DNA of 64,000 nt from Spirochaetota bacterium (GCA_963663865.1 OY760686.1:1184001-1248000); one strand, 5' to 3'; counted from the first letter of the stretch, positions 21,699 through 32,038 are shown. Numbers and translations: made by a program. The notes: generated from the sequence alone by a model not told the origin.

Positions 21699-21845
21699 AG
21701 ACGGGTTGTTATGATGTAGAGAAGTAGATACGGATTTGGTGTGTTGTAGAGACGGATGATTATCCGTCTCTACAACATAATTGTATAATCTGTCTCTACA
21801 TCAATTGTATAATCCGTCTCTACAGCAATTGTTTAACCCGTCTTT
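21695..21845. repeat. GTAG-REP cluster with reiterated half-sites
   Basis: Central GTAGAGACGGAT-GATT-ATCCGTCTCTAC, with extra GTAGAGACGG-like arms to the left and CCGTCTCTAC-like arms to the right. Confidence 0.8.
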
Positions 21846-21950
21846 TTACCGTGCCTTTTTTGTGTTTTTTAATTTTCCGCAATTTATTTTGTTAATTATT
21901 TAGCGAAAAACACACTTGTTTCATAGATCATCGTAATCTGAGGAGGAGCT

Positions 21951-24179
21951 ATGAAAGGTGTGCGCATTTCACTATCCATTCTGTTGTCATTATTGTTTTT
22001 TACCATTTCCTGCAGTGATTCTGAAGAGGATGTAATTCCGGAAAATCCATGTGACGGTGTTAACGCGCCTTCAACGGCTGAAGTGCCTATACTTGTGTCA
22101 TCGGACAGCTCCTTGATAAAGGAGAAGGCAGTGTATGGAACGGACGGGACTACCGTGTGTTATAGCGTTCCGTATAAGGACCTTGACGGAGATTCGGAGA
22201 TGGATGCCTTTGAGAACTGGAGCCTTTCGCCGGAGGAGAGGGCAGCGGCGCTTGTTGCCGACAGCGGCTTTACTGCTGAGATGAAGGCCGGGCTTCTTGT
22301 AAATGTAGATGTTTTAACGCATGGTGTTGCAGGAACTCTTTCTACTGAAGAGTCAGCGGCGGTAACCGCCGGAGCGAGAATGTTCAGAACATCTGCAAAT
22401 GAAGTGTCTGCCAGTGGGCGGGGATTCTTTGCAAACAACCTTCAGGCCGCCGCGGAGTCGGGGGCGTATTCAATACCAGTACTTCTCAGTTCAGACATTC
22501 TTCCATCATATCCGAATACAGCGTGGGGGATGTCGTGTTTTCCCGGAATGCCGGGAGTGGGATCAGCAACATACAACAACCTTGAGCTTGCTGAGGGAAT
22601 CGGCTCTGACCTGGCTCAAGACCTCAAGGTCATAGGGGTCAGGCTGATGTTCGGCCCACAGGCAGACCTTGCTACTGAACCGAGATGGTGGGGATCGAGG
22701 AACCTTCTCGGAGAGGATGCCTCTAAAGTGGGCTCTCAGGTATCGGCTATGGTTAAGGGGATTCAGGGCGGAGATTCTCTGTCTGCAGCAGGTGTTGCCG
22801 CAGTGGTTAATTACTTTCCGGGGGCCGGTCCGCAGAAGAACGGGCTTGATTCAAGGGATTTGGCTTCAACTCACCTTATCGCATACGGTTCATCAGACAA
22901 TCTTGATTATCACATAGCGCCCTTTGAGGAAGCGATATCTGCGGGAGTAACGGGAATAATGGCAGCCCACGGAGCTCCAGAGGGGGCCGGTGTTGACGAG
23001 GTTTCTGTTTCGTATAACTCGGACCTGCTTACAGCGAGGCTAAAGGGGACAATGGGATTTGACGGGCTTATCTTCTCAGACACGGACGCGCTCGATGTTT
23101 CCACGGCTGTCGGTGTGAGCGCTTCTACCACGGCAGAGAAGGTCAGCGCCATGTTCAGCGCGGGCTGCGACGTGATAACCGGAGTTTCATCCTCAGACGT
23201 GTCCAATGTAATAACAGCGGCGGCATCGTACAGCGATGCTGGCAAGGTTGACACAGTCGCGGAGAAGGTGCTCACGCTTATGTTCAGGCTTGGCCTTTTC
23301 GAGAACCCATACATAGTAAATGAGGATGGCGAGATTGATGGAACGGTAGCGAGAGAAAAAGCCGGCAGTGGCGTGAATGGTGTAGAGGCGATGTCAGAGC
23401 AGGTTGTGCTTCTGAAGAACACTGAGAAAACAGGAGCAAAAGCATTTTTGCCAATGGATCCTGGAACACCATATATTATGGGATCAAACTTTTACTGGAT
23501 AGATGATTCAGAGTTGTTCGAATACGACGAGTTTTTAGTTGATACTTCGGGATATTCTGTGGACACAAATAATCTACCGATATGGGGAATATATGATGAA
23601 GCGTCGGAAACATATTCAGGCTTGAGCTATATGGATGATGGCAGCGGAATTACGGAGTTCGAAGGCGAGCAGCTCATAGAAGCCCGCAAGTTCTATTCCC
23701 AGTACATTGTCCACTTCATAGATGCACCAAAGAAGTCTGCGGACGATGAGGGAACATCTGACCCTGACGGACTGTTGAGCTTTTACTACAACCTGGACGG
23801 GACGGGAGATGCAGCAGACAACGCTTCTGTAATAGATACAGTTAAGGAGAACTCGGAGCTTGTGTCCGGCTGGGAGAACACTATCTACATCGTTGTCATT
23901 AACATGGAGAGGCCATCTTACGTGCTTGATGAGATATACAATCTTGCTGACTGTGTAGTCCTTCACTGGGGAAGCACCACAAAGTATCTCATGGATGTTC
24001 TTCATAATATACTTCCTATAAATAACCGCAATACAAACGGTACTCTCACTGCCGGCCTTCCATCGTCGAACGCCGAGGTCGAAGGCGGAGATTCTGCGTT
24101 GCCTTCAGCGGAGAGCCCCGATTTGTGGAGAAACCGTGGTTACAGCAAACAGTTTGTGCCGCTGGACGAAAGGGAATAG
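21951..24179 (+). CDS. GH3-family lipoprotein, copy 1 (degenerate active-site motifs)
   Basis: YKDLDGD, PQADLATEPRW, GED, FPGAGP, GFDG..SD, FRLGLFENPY, VVLLKN; TISC lipobox. Confidence 0.85.
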   Translation: MKGVRISLSILLSLLFFTISCSDSEEDVIPENPCDGVNAPSTAEVPILVSSDSSLIKEKAVYGTDGTTVCYSVPYKDLDGDSEMDAFENWSLSPEERAAALVADSGFTAEMKAGLLVNVDVLTHGVAGTLSTEESAAVTAGARMFRTSANEVSASGRGFFANNLQAAAESGAYSIPVLLSSDILPSYPNTAWGMSCFPGMPGVGSATYNNLELAEGIGSDLAQDLKVIGVRLMFGPQADLATEPRWWGSRNLLGEDASKVGSQVSAMVKGIQGGDSLSAAGVAAVVNYFPGAGPQKNGLDSRDLASTHLIAYGSSDNLDYHIAPFEEAISAGVTGIMAAHGAPEGAGVDEVSVSYNSDLLTARLKGTMGFDGLIFSDTDALDVSTAVGVSASTTAEKVSAMFSAGCDVITGVSSSDVSNVITAAASYSDAGKVDTVAEKVLTLMFRLGLFENPYIVNEDGEIDGTVAREKAGSGVNGVEAMSEQVVLLKNTEKTGAKAFLPMDPGTPYIMGSNFYWIDDSELFEYDEFLVDTSGYSVDTNNLPIWGIYDEASETYSGLSYMDDGSGITEFEGEQLIEARKFYSQYIVHFIDAPKKSADDEGTSDPDGLLSFYYNLDGTGDAADNASVIDTVKENSELVSGWENTIYIVVINMERPSYVLDEIYNLADCVVLHWGSTTKYLMDVLHNILPINNRNTNGTLTAGLPSSNAEVEGGDSALPSAESPDLWRNRGYSKQFVPLDERE

Positions 24180-24263
24180 GTGAGAGGTTGTGAACCTGTA
24201 AAATAAAATGAATGTTTGTCTGATATCCTTGCGGGGCCGGGTTATGCAAACAAGCCCCAGGAG

Positions 24264-24297
24264 GCACGGTTCTCTGAGAGGAACCGTGTTTTTTTTT
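24264..24297 (+). terminator. Intrinsic terminator
   Basis: CACGGTTC...GAACCGTG stem followed by a T-run. Confidence 0.8.
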
Positions 24298-24377
24298 AAT
24301 TTTCCGCAATTTATTTTGTCAATTATTCAGTGAAAAACACACTTGTTTCATAGATAAGCGTAATCAGAGGAGGAGCT

Positions 24378-26825
24378 ATGAAAGGTGTGCGGATTTCACT
24401 GTCAATTATATTGTCATTGTTGTTTTTTACCATTTCCTGCAGTGATTCTGAAGAGGATTCGAATAACCCTGTAATACCGGGAAATCCATGTGAGGGTGTC
24501 AAAGCGCCTTCAACGGCTGAAGTGCCTCTGCTTGTGTCATCGGACAGCTCCATGATAAAGGAGAAGGCAGTATATGGAACGGACGGAACGACGGTTTGCT
24601 GTACGGTTCCGTACAAGGACCTTGACGGTGATTCGGAGATGGATGCCTTTGAGGACTGGAGCCTTTCGCCGGAGGAGAGGGCAGCGGCGCTTGTTGCCGA
24701 CAGCGGCTTTACGGCTGAGATGAAGGCCGGGCTTCTTGTAAACGTAGATATTTTAACGCATGATGCTGCGGGAGATATTTCTGCTGAAGAGTCAGCAGCG
24801 GTTACCGCCGGAGCGAGGATGTTCAGAACATCTGCAAATGAAGTGTCTGCCAGAGGGCGCGGAAAATTTGCCAACAACCTTCAGGCAGCCGCGGAGTCGG
24901 GGGCGTATTCAATACCGGTACTTCTCAGTTCAGACATTCTTCCATCGTATCCGAATTCAGCGTGGGGGATGTCGTATTTTCCCGGAATGCCGGGAGTTGG
25001 ATCGGCAACATACAATAACCTTGAGCTTGCAGAGGGAATCGGCTCTGACCTGGCCCAAGACCTCAAGGCCATAGGAGTGAGGCTGATGTTCGGGCCTCAG
25101 GCAGACCTTGCTACCGAACCGAGATGGTGGGGAACGAGGAACCTTCTCGGAGAGGATGCCTCTAAAGTAGGCACTCAGGTATCGGCTATGGTCAAGGGGA
25201 TTCAGGGCGGAGATTCTCTGTCTGCAGCAGGTGTTGCCGCAGTGGTTAATTACTTTCCGGGGGCCGGTCCGCAGAAGAACGGGCTTGATTCAAGGGACCC
25301 GGCTTCAACTCACCTGATAGCATACGGTTCATCAGACAATCTTGATTATCACATAGCGCCCTTTGAGGACGCGATATCTGCGGGAGTAACTGGAATAATG
25401 GCAGCGCACGGAGCTCCTGAGGGGGCCGGCGTTGACGAGGTTTCCGTTTCGTATAACGCTGACCTGCTTACGGCGAGGCTTAAGGGGACAATGGGATTTG
25501 ACGGGCTTATCTTCTCCGACACGGACGCGCTCGATGTTTCCACGGCTGTCGGTGTGAGCGCTTCTACCACGGCAGAGAAGGTCAGCGCCATGTTCAGCGC
25601 GGGCTGCGATGTGATAACCGGAGTTTCATCCTCAGACGCATCCAATGTAATAACAGCGGCGGCATCGTACAGCGATGCGGGCAAGGTTGACACAGTCGCG
25701 GAGAAGGTGCTCACGCTTATGTTCAGGCTTGGCCTTTTCGAGAACCCATACATAGTAAATGAGGATGGCGAGATTGATGGAACGGTAGCGAGAGAAAAAG
25801 CCGGCAGTGGCGTGAATGGTGTAGAGGCGATGTCAGAGCAGGTTGTGCTTCTGAAGAACACTGAGAAAACAGGAGCAAAAGCATTTTTGCCAATGGAACC
25901 TTCATATCTGTATGGGGTGCCAGGGACAAACTTTTACTGGATTGATGATTCAGAGCTGTTTGAATACGAAGAAGCTATGGTTAATGCATCAGGATATTCC
26001 TTTGATAAAACCCAGCGTCAGATTTGTGGTTTGTATGATTCAGCAGAAAACACGTACTCCGAAATGACAGACCAATTGGGTTATGACTCGATGGATTGTG
26101 ATCTAACAAGACATGTTGCGTTCAGTGACTATATTGTTGCCCACATGATTAACTATGACTCGTCCACTCATGGTGAGCTGCAGGGTGAAGGTGAAGTATA
26201 CGAGAAGTACTACATAGACGATAATGGAAGTGAGGTCCATGAAGGCGACTATATAGATACTAATGGTAATCTTATTGAGTATGTTGAAGGTGAAACAGAG
26301 GTAGATAATAGAATATATACCGGCCGACTGACAACAGCCCGCAAGCTCTATTCCCAGTACATTGTCCACTTCATAGATGCACCGAGGAAGTCTGCCGACG
26401 ATGAGGGAACATCTGACCCTGACGGACTGTTGAGCTATTACTACAACCTGGACGGGACGGGAGATGCAGCAGACAACGTTTCTGTGATAGATGCAGTTAA
26501 GGAGAACTCGGAGCTTGTGTCGGGCTGGGAGAATACAATCTACATCGTTGTCATTAACATGGAGAGGCCTTCCTACGTGCTTGATGAAATTTACAACCTT
26601 GCTGACTGCGTAGTACTTCACTGGGGAAGTAGCACAAAGTATCTCATGGATGTTCTTCATAATGTAGATAACCGCAATACAGACGGTACTCTCACCGCGG
26701 GCCTTCCGGCATCAAACGCCGAGGTCGAAGGCGGAGATTCAGCGTTGCCTTCCGCGGAGAGCCCCGATTTGTGGAGAAACCGTGGTTACAGCAAACAGCT
26801 TGTGCCGCTGGATGAAAGGGAATAG
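24378..26825 (+). CDS. GH3-family lipoprotein, copy 2 (tandem paralogue)
   Basis: Near-identical to copy 1, including about 90 bp upstream, except one internal segment. Confidence 0.85.
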   Translation: MKGVRISLSIILSLLFFTISCSDSEEDSNNPVIPGNPCEGVKAPSTAEVPLLVSSDSSMIKEKAVYGTDGTTVCCTVPYKDLDGDSEMDAFEDWSLSPEERAAALVADSGFTAEMKAGLLVNVDILTHDAAGDISAEESAAVTAGARMFRTSANEVSARGRGKFANNLQAAAESGAYSIPVLLSSDILPSYPNSAWGMSYFPGMPGVGSATYNNLELAEGIGSDLAQDLKAIGVRLMFGPQADLATEPRWWGTRNLLGEDASKVGTQVSAMVKGIQGGDSLSAAGVAAVVNYFPGAGPQKNGLDSRDPASTHLIAYGSSDNLDYHIAPFEDAISAGVTGIMAAHGAPEGAGVDEVSVSYNADLLTARLKGTMGFDGLIFSDTDALDVSTAVGVSASTTAEKVSAMFSAGCDVITGVSSSDASNVITAAASYSDAGKVDTVAEKVLTLMFRLGLFENPYIVNEDGEIDGTVAREKAGSGVNGVEAMSEQVVLLKNTEKTGAKAFLPMEPSYLYGVPGTNFYWIDDSELFEYEEAMVNASGYSFDKTQRQICGLYDSAENTYSEMTDQLGYDSMDCDLTRHVAFSDYIVAHMINYDSSTHGELQGEGEVYEKYYIDDNGSEVHEGDYIDTNGNLIEYVEGETEVDNRIYTGRLTTARKLYSQYIVHFIDAPRKSADDEGTSDPDGLLSYYYNLDGTGDAADNVSVIDAVKENSELVSGWENTIYIVVINMERPSYVLDEIYNLADCVVLHWGSSTKYLMDVLHNVDNRNTDGTLTAGLPASNAEVEGGDSALPSAESPDLWRNRGYSKQLVPLDERE

Positions 26826-26950
26826 GTGTTGAGACGGTGTTTTATGTTGTAGAGACGGGTTGTTGTGTTGTAGAGACGGATAATTATCCGTCTCTACAAC
26901 AATTGTTTAATCCGTCTCTACATCAATCGTTTCAACCCGTCTCTACAATA
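26826..26950. repeat. GTAG-REP cluster with reiterated half-sites
   Basis: Central GTAGAGACGGATAATTATCCGTCTCTAC plus flanking arms; same design as 21695-21845. Confidence 0.8.
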
Positions 26951-26971
26951 CGTTCCGGTCCTGCCGGATAA

Positions 26972-27739
26972 TTATCCTCTTACAGCCGTGACGAGCATCT
27001 CGAAGTCGTCTCTGGTAAGAGTGTCGCTTCTTGAGAAAGACCCCAGACGGGCCCCGAAGATTTCAATATTCTTGAATCCTGCTGTTTTCAAAAGCCAGGT
27101 TATTTCACTCGGAATATAGTATCTTTGACTGGTCGCTATCGTTTTTTTGACACCGTCATCATCCTCAAATTCAGTAATGTCATGGTTTCTGAATGTCATC
27201 AGGTCGAAGCTGCCGCTGACGTACTCTGCGTTTCCCTCGACTGAGTTTTCCGAGCAGAACTCTTCAATTGAATGGGACATCGGGAAGAGGCCGTTCAGTG
27301 TCGTGAATATGAACCTGCCACCCTGCTTAAGCGCCCTTGACGCGCTTTTAAGAATCTCAAAGTTCATCTCATCTGTTTCCATCAGCGAAAAGCCGCCTTC
27401 GCACATCATTATTGCCGCGTCGAAGGCCCTGTCGAAGGGAAGGGCTCTCGCGTCTCCGTGCATGAAGCTGATGTTGAGCTTCTTCTCTGCGGCCTTTCGT
27501 TTTGCTTCGGCAAGCTGAGCCTCAGAGAGGTCAATGCCGGTGATTCCGGTGTAGCCTCTTGAAGCGAGCTCAATGCAGTGCCTTCCGGTCCCGCACCCTA
27601 TATCCAGTATTTCAGCTGACCTGTTAAAGTCTAATTCCTGTTCCAGGAAGTCGCATTCTCCGGCTGTCCCCTTTGTGAAAGATTCCCTGTCGTATTTTTT
27701 TGCGTAGTTGGCGAATAGTTCTTCGTACCACTGTTTCAT
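26972..27739 (-). CDS. Class I SAM-dependent methyltransferase
   Basis: ILDIGCGTGRH, GIDLS, GDAR, LKQGG. Confidence 0.92.
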   Translation of the reverse strand: MKQWYEELFANYAKKYDRESFTKGTAGECDFLEQELDFNRSAEILDIGCGTGRHCIELASRGYTGITGIDLSEAQLAEAKRKAAEKKLNISFMHGDARALPFDRAFDAAIMMCEGGFSLMETDEMNFEILKSASRALKQGGRFIFTTLNGLFPMSHSIEEFCSENSVEGNAEYVSGSFDLMTFRNHDITEFEDDDGVKKTIATSQRYYIPSEITWLLKTAGFKNIEIFGARLGSFSRSDTLTRDDFEMLVTAVRG

Positions 27740-28159
27740 TGTTATCCTCATTAATTATTTATAGATATGGTGAATTGAACTACGGCTGATAAAGGCGCAT
27801 AACAAAACGCGGTTGAATTGTTTTCAGCCGTAAAATCTGACGGGGGATGCGCCGGCCGCGCTGAGGATACTTAGAAGTGTCTGTAAGATGTCCTTTCGGG
27901 ACGGCGCTTACTTCACGGATGCCGGTGTTGCGGTTATTGTCATCAAAACCTCTTGATACGAGATAATTACAGGCAACGGTGCTCTTTAGGCGTAAGAATG
28001 TCAATTTAAAATCGTAATTTATGAATAAGGGTGATTTTTCTAATCCTAACTGATTTGACGGTGCTTATAATTCTCTACGGGAGGTGGCTGGTATGCTGAA
28101 AGAAGGCCTGCCGCGGCAAGAGCTGCTGCCGGCAGGCCAAATGTGCCATTCGGATAAGT

Positions 28160-30676
28160 CTAATACAGTCTGAAGGCCGAGGTGAGCTTCCGGGCGTCCG
28201 GATTGGAGCTTTCTGCCACGATAAGCTCGTACTGTATGTCTTCAATTACCATGCTCTGAGAGGCCTCGTCCCAGTAGGCGAGATCGGAAGGCTCAATGTA
28301 CATGGTCGCGGTTTGTGTTCCACCCGCCTCAATGTCAACCCTGTCAAAGCTGAAGAGCTGCTTGACCGGACGTCCCCAGGCGTCGTCAAGCTGTGAGTGA
28401 CTGAAGCCGACATAGGCCTGTACAATCTCTGAAGAATCGTACTCTCCGTTGTTTGTGACATCGACGCTTACTCTGACAAGCCGGGTTCCTTCATCATTAA
28501 CGTAGTTCGGATCGACCTCCAGGTTGTTGTAGCTGTAGGTATTGTAGCTCAGCCCGTAACCGAACCAGTAGCGGGGGCTCTTCTCTTCTGTTTCGGCCAG
28601 ATCCTTCTCAAAGAGGCGGTAACCATGGTAGTAGCTGTAGTTATATTCAGTTGTTTGTCTGCTTGAGGGATATAAGGGAAGCTGGGCATCCGAACGGGGC
28701 CATGTAACAGGGCTTTTTCCTGAGAAGCTGACAGCTCTGACCTCCTGAGGCTCGCCTGTCCACATGTTATGATCGAGTGTCTGTCCGAAGACGAGCTCGG
28801 CTATGGCCTGCCCGCCGCACATGCCGGGGTACCACGCCTGAACAATCACATCGATATCATCGACGAAGTCCTCAACGAGTACGGCTGAACCGCTCTCAAT
28901 TATTACCATAATTTTGAGGTCAGGATTGGCTTTTCTTGCTTCAACTGCCGCCTCTATGTTGCCGAGGTCACGCTCTGGCAGTGAAAGTGAAGAACGGTCC
29001 ATTTGTTCACCTTCTTCTCCATTGTCATTGCAATACTCTCCCGAGCCGCATTCGATAAATGAAAGATTAGCGGGGACATAGGAGCTTACAACGATTGCCC
29101 ACGAAGCTGTCTTAAGCGCGTTCAACGCCTCCTTGTCTCCGTACTCCTCATGATTAACTGCATGGTAATAGTGTGGGAAGTCAGTGTCTTTATTGCCGGT
29201 GAAGTACTTAATGCGTTCCTCTTCGAGAAATTCACTGAACCCCTGATAAGGAGTGATGTCAAGGATGGATCCCCCGGGAGATGTAATGGCATACGATGTA
29301 CAAATATCACCGGTGCGGGCAACGTTGGAATATTGCCCAAGCATGACTGCAGGATGTTCAGCTGTAATGCTCTCTGAACTGTCATAAATGGGAAGCAGGG
29401 CGTCTTCTGATGATTCTGTGCTTCGGCCGCCGTCCTTCAGGAGTACAATTCCCCTCCTTGCGATCTCAAGGCTCGCCTGAATGGACTCCGGTCTCTGAAG
29501 TCCCTCAGCGCTCTGATAAGCATGGTATTTATCTTCCTCGCCTATGGTATAGGTCTTTGAAAAGTCCCTGCCATAATCCAGCATTCCATATGCTATCTTT
29601 CTTTCAAGTATTCTCAGGACGATTCTGTCTATGTTCTCCTCGGCAATTTTACCGCGCATAACTGCCTTTAATAAGAAATCTCCATAAACATGCTCGTTGT
29701 TATAGTCATTTTCGCTGATGGGTATCTCAATTGAAAGTTGAGCTTCGACAGCGTTTTCAGTTGATTCTGCAATACCCCACCATTGCGTAAGGGTATATCC
29801 CTCAAAGCCCCATTCATCATAGAGAATATCGCTCATGAGCTCTTTGTTTGATGCGCAGTAATCTCCGTTAACCATATTGTAAGCTGACATAACACCCGCC
29901 GGGTCTGCCCGGTCGATGGCCTTCTTGAACTGAGGCAGAAAAACCTCACGAAGAGTTCTCTCATCAACCACCGCATTTAACTGTCTTCTTGTTTTATCAA
30001 GGGCCGATACAGCGAACTCTGATATAACCGACTGAACGGCGTAGGTACGTCTTCCCTCAGCGTCAAAATATAGGAAGTTTCCGTTTTCATCGAGATCGGG
30101 ATTGCCGTCACCGTCTTCGTCAGCAGCTCCCGAGTACTTTGTTCCATTTATGTGTAAGGAAGCCATCTCACCGATGAGATATGAGTCCTCGCCGTAGGAC
30201 TCCTGGCTCCTGCCGTATCGCGGGTTGACTGTCTGGTTCAGGTTCGGCGCGCAGAGGACGTAGTTGCCTAACGACCTTGTTTCGAGGGCGCTTATCTCTC
30301 CAACGAGACGTTCCGAATTCCTGTCGAACGAAGCCGCCCTTGAAGCGGCAACAGGAAATGCCGTTGTGTACAGGTAATCCTCATTGTATGTCATGGATTT
30401 GGCGCCGCGTGTACCGTCGCTGAAAACCATGCTCGGAATATTGAGCTCAGCATCGTATATCTGCGTCATCATTGATATGGCTGAACTCTGACTTGGCCCT
30501 CCGCTCATCTGGTTGACCTTCTGCTCAAGGGTCATCTGCGAAAGAAGCGCCAGTGCCCGTGTTTTTATGGGGGCCGGGTCTTCTTTCACAGCTTCATCCT
30601 TTCCGCATGAAATAAAAAGCATGATAAAAGAATAAATAAGAGCGATTGTAAGTTTTGTTTTCATCATTAACCTCAA
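28160..30676 (-). CDS. GH3-family lipoprotein with Fn3-like domain (catalytic Asp apparently replaced)
   Basis: MTLEQKV, SDG.RG, AFP....AASFD, PRYGRSQESYGED, MSAYN, EWGFEG, AWYPG, FGYGLSY; FISC lipobox. Confidence 0.88.
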   Translation of the reverse strand: MRLMMKTKLTIALIYSFIMLFISCGKDEAVKEDPAPIKTRALALLSQMTLEQKVNQMSGGPSQSSAISMMTQIYDAELNIPSMVFSDGTRGAKSMTYNEDYLYTTAFPVAASRAASFDRNSERLVGEISALETRSLGNYVLCAPNLNQTVNPRYGRSQESYGEDSYLIGEMASLHINGTKYSGAADEDGDGNPDLDENGNFLYFDAEGRRTYAVQSVISEFAVSALDKTRRQLNAVVDERTLREVFLPQFKKAIDRADPAGVMSAYNMVNGDYCASNKELMSDILYDEWGFEGYTLTQWWGIAESTENAVEAQLSIEIPISENDYNNEHVYGDFLLKAVMRGKIAEENIDRIVLRILERKIAYGMLDYGRDFSKTYTIGEEDKYHAYQSAEGLQRPESIQASLEIARRGIVLLKDGGRSTESSEDALLPIYDSSESITAEHPAVMLGQYSNVARTGDICTSYAITSPGGSILDITPYQGFSEFLEEERIKYFTGNKDTDFPHYYHAVNHEEYGDKEALNALKTASWAIVVSSYVPANLSFIECGSGEYCNDNGEEGEQMDRSSLSLPERDLGNIEAAVEARKANPDLKIMVIIESGSAVLVEDFVDDIDVIVQAWYPGMCGGQAIAELVFGQTLDHNMWTGEPQEVRAVSFSGKSPVTWPRSDAQLPLYPSSRQTTEYNYSYYHGYRLFEKDLAETEEKSPRYWFGYGLSYNTYSYNNLEVDPNYVNDEGTRLVRVSVDVTNNGEYDSSEIVQAYVGFSHSQLDDAWGRPVKQLFSFDRVDIEAGGTQTATMYIEPSDLAYWDEASQSMVIEDIQYELIVAESSNPDARKLTSAFRLY

Positions 30677-30844
30677 CGGTTGAATTACATTTATACTATG
30701 TATGTGTTTTTATGACGGGATTATTGACATAGTTTTTCCGCTTAAGTCTAAAAAATATTCTTATACGGGCATGGGACGCAGAGAAATTATTTCTTGACAT
30801 ATCGTTATCGTATTTTAGGTTGCTACTCGTATCATTCAATGAAT

Positions 30845-30927
30845 GCCCAAGTGGTGGAATTGGTAGACACGCATGCTTGAGGGGCATGTGGGAATTTCCT
30901 GTGTGGGTTCAAATCCCGCCTTGGGCA
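30845..30927 (+). tRNA. tRNA-Leu(GAG)
   Basis: GCCCAAG/CTTGGGC acceptor stem, CATGC-TTGAGGG-GCATG anticodon arm, long variable arm, TTCAAAT T-loop. Confidence 0.95.
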
Positions 30928-31088
30928 CATCTCTCAACAGAAAATCAGGTGACACAGGATGTCACCTTTCTTCTATACAGATCTGATTTGCATTTCATAG
31001 CTTTTCGCCTTATTCCCGGGTCCGCACGCGCGGAACGTGACGCATATTTCTATCGCAAACAATTTTAAGATAAAATATCGGGGGAATT

Positions 31089-31748
31089 ATGAATGTGATT
31101 TTGTTGGGAGCGCCCGGCTCGGGCAAGGGAACCGTGTCGAGGCTGCTTGAAGAGCGCTTCGGAATTGTGCAGATATCAACCGGTGATATTCTGCGGGCGG
31201 AGGTAAAGGCCGACTCGGCCACCGGCAGGTTCAGCGAGCCGTATATGACTAAGGGTGACCTTGTGCCCGATGATGTCATCATGAACATTGTTGAGGAGCG
31301 GCTCGCTCAGAAAGACTGCGAGAAAGGCTTTATCCTTGATGGTTTTCCGCGGACTATTTCTCAGGCAGAGGGACTCGGAAAGCTGATGAGCGAAAGAGGC
31401 CTTAAGCTCGACCTTGTGGTCAACCTTGATGTACCGGAAGATGTTCTTATTTCACGCCTCACAAGCAGAAGGACCTGCTCAAACCCTGACTGTCACGCAA
31501 TCTACAACACCATTTCCAATCCGACTAAAATTGAGGGAGTCTGCGACAAATGCGGAAGCCCGACCATCCAGAGGGACGATGAGACTGAGACGGCTATAAA
31601 ACACAGGCTCGAGACTTATAAAGAAAAGACCGCACCTCTAATTGACTTTTACAGAAATGAAAACTGTTTCGTTAATGCTGATTCGTCAGAAACGAAGGGT
31701 GTGTTTGAAACGGCTATGGCAAAGCTCGCCATGGCTGGAGCTATCTAA
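31089..31748 (+). CDS. adk: Adenylate kinase
   Basis: GAPGSGKGT, STGDILR, GFILDGFPR, Cys4 LID, QRDDE. Confidence 0.97.
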   Translation: MNVILLGAPGSGKGTVSRLLEERFGIVQISTGDILRAEVKADSATGRFSEPYMTKGDLVPDDVIMNIVEERLAQKDCEKGFILDGFPRTISQAEGLGKLMSERGLKLDLVVNLDVPEDVLISRLTSRRTCSNPDCHAIYNTISNPTKIEGVCDKCGSPTIQRDDETETAIKHRLETYKEKTAPLIDFYRNENCFVNADSSETKGVFETAMAKLAMAGAI

Positions 31749-31796
31749 AAAATACTTTACAAATATCGTCTGTTTCAAATAGTAACTTCAAGTGCT

Positions 31797-31883
31797 GGAG
31801 AGATGCCCGAGAGGTCGAAGGGGACGGTCTCGAAAATCGTTGAGGGCGCGAGCCTTCCGAGGGTTCGAATCCCTCTCTCTCCG
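31797..31883 (+). tRNA. tRNA-Ser(CGA)
   Basis: GGAGAGA/TCTCTCC stem, ACGGT-CTCGAAA-ATCGT arm, long variable arm. Confidence 0.95.
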
Positions 31884-31900
31884 ATAAGCATTTGATATAT

Positions 31901-31985
31901 GGAGAGGTGTCCGAGAGGCCTAAGGAGCACGCTTGGAAAGCGTGTGTAGCGCAAGTTACCGGGGGTTCGAATCCCCCCCTCTCCG
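31901..31985 (+). tRNA. tRNA-Ser(GGA)
   Basis: GGAGAGG/CCTCTCC stem, CACGC-TTGGAAA-GCGTG arm. Confidence 0.95.
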
Positions 31986-32038
31986 AAATATTCAAGACGG
32001 CTCCCTGTCTGCCGCGATCAAACAAACAGCGGGTGCAC

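Noticed and set aside
21951-26825. Diversity-generating retroelement (TR/VR pair) in the GH3 or Rhs duplicates
   Set aside because: Differences are not adenine-specific, and no reverse transcriptase is present.
27790-27945. Integron attC-like end (minus-strand GTTATGC) just upstream of the methyltransferase
   Set aside because: I could not find a convincing complementary R''/L'' arm, there is no attC after the gene, and no integrase. IntegronFinder would settle it.
30820-31068. 82-aa ORF
   Set aside because: Overlaps tRNA-Leu; spurious.
31892-32038. N-terminal extension of dnaX, or an SRP RNA before dnaX
   Set aside because: The extension overlaps tRNA-Ser. The remaining ~50 bp lacks the SRP GGAA-loop motif.
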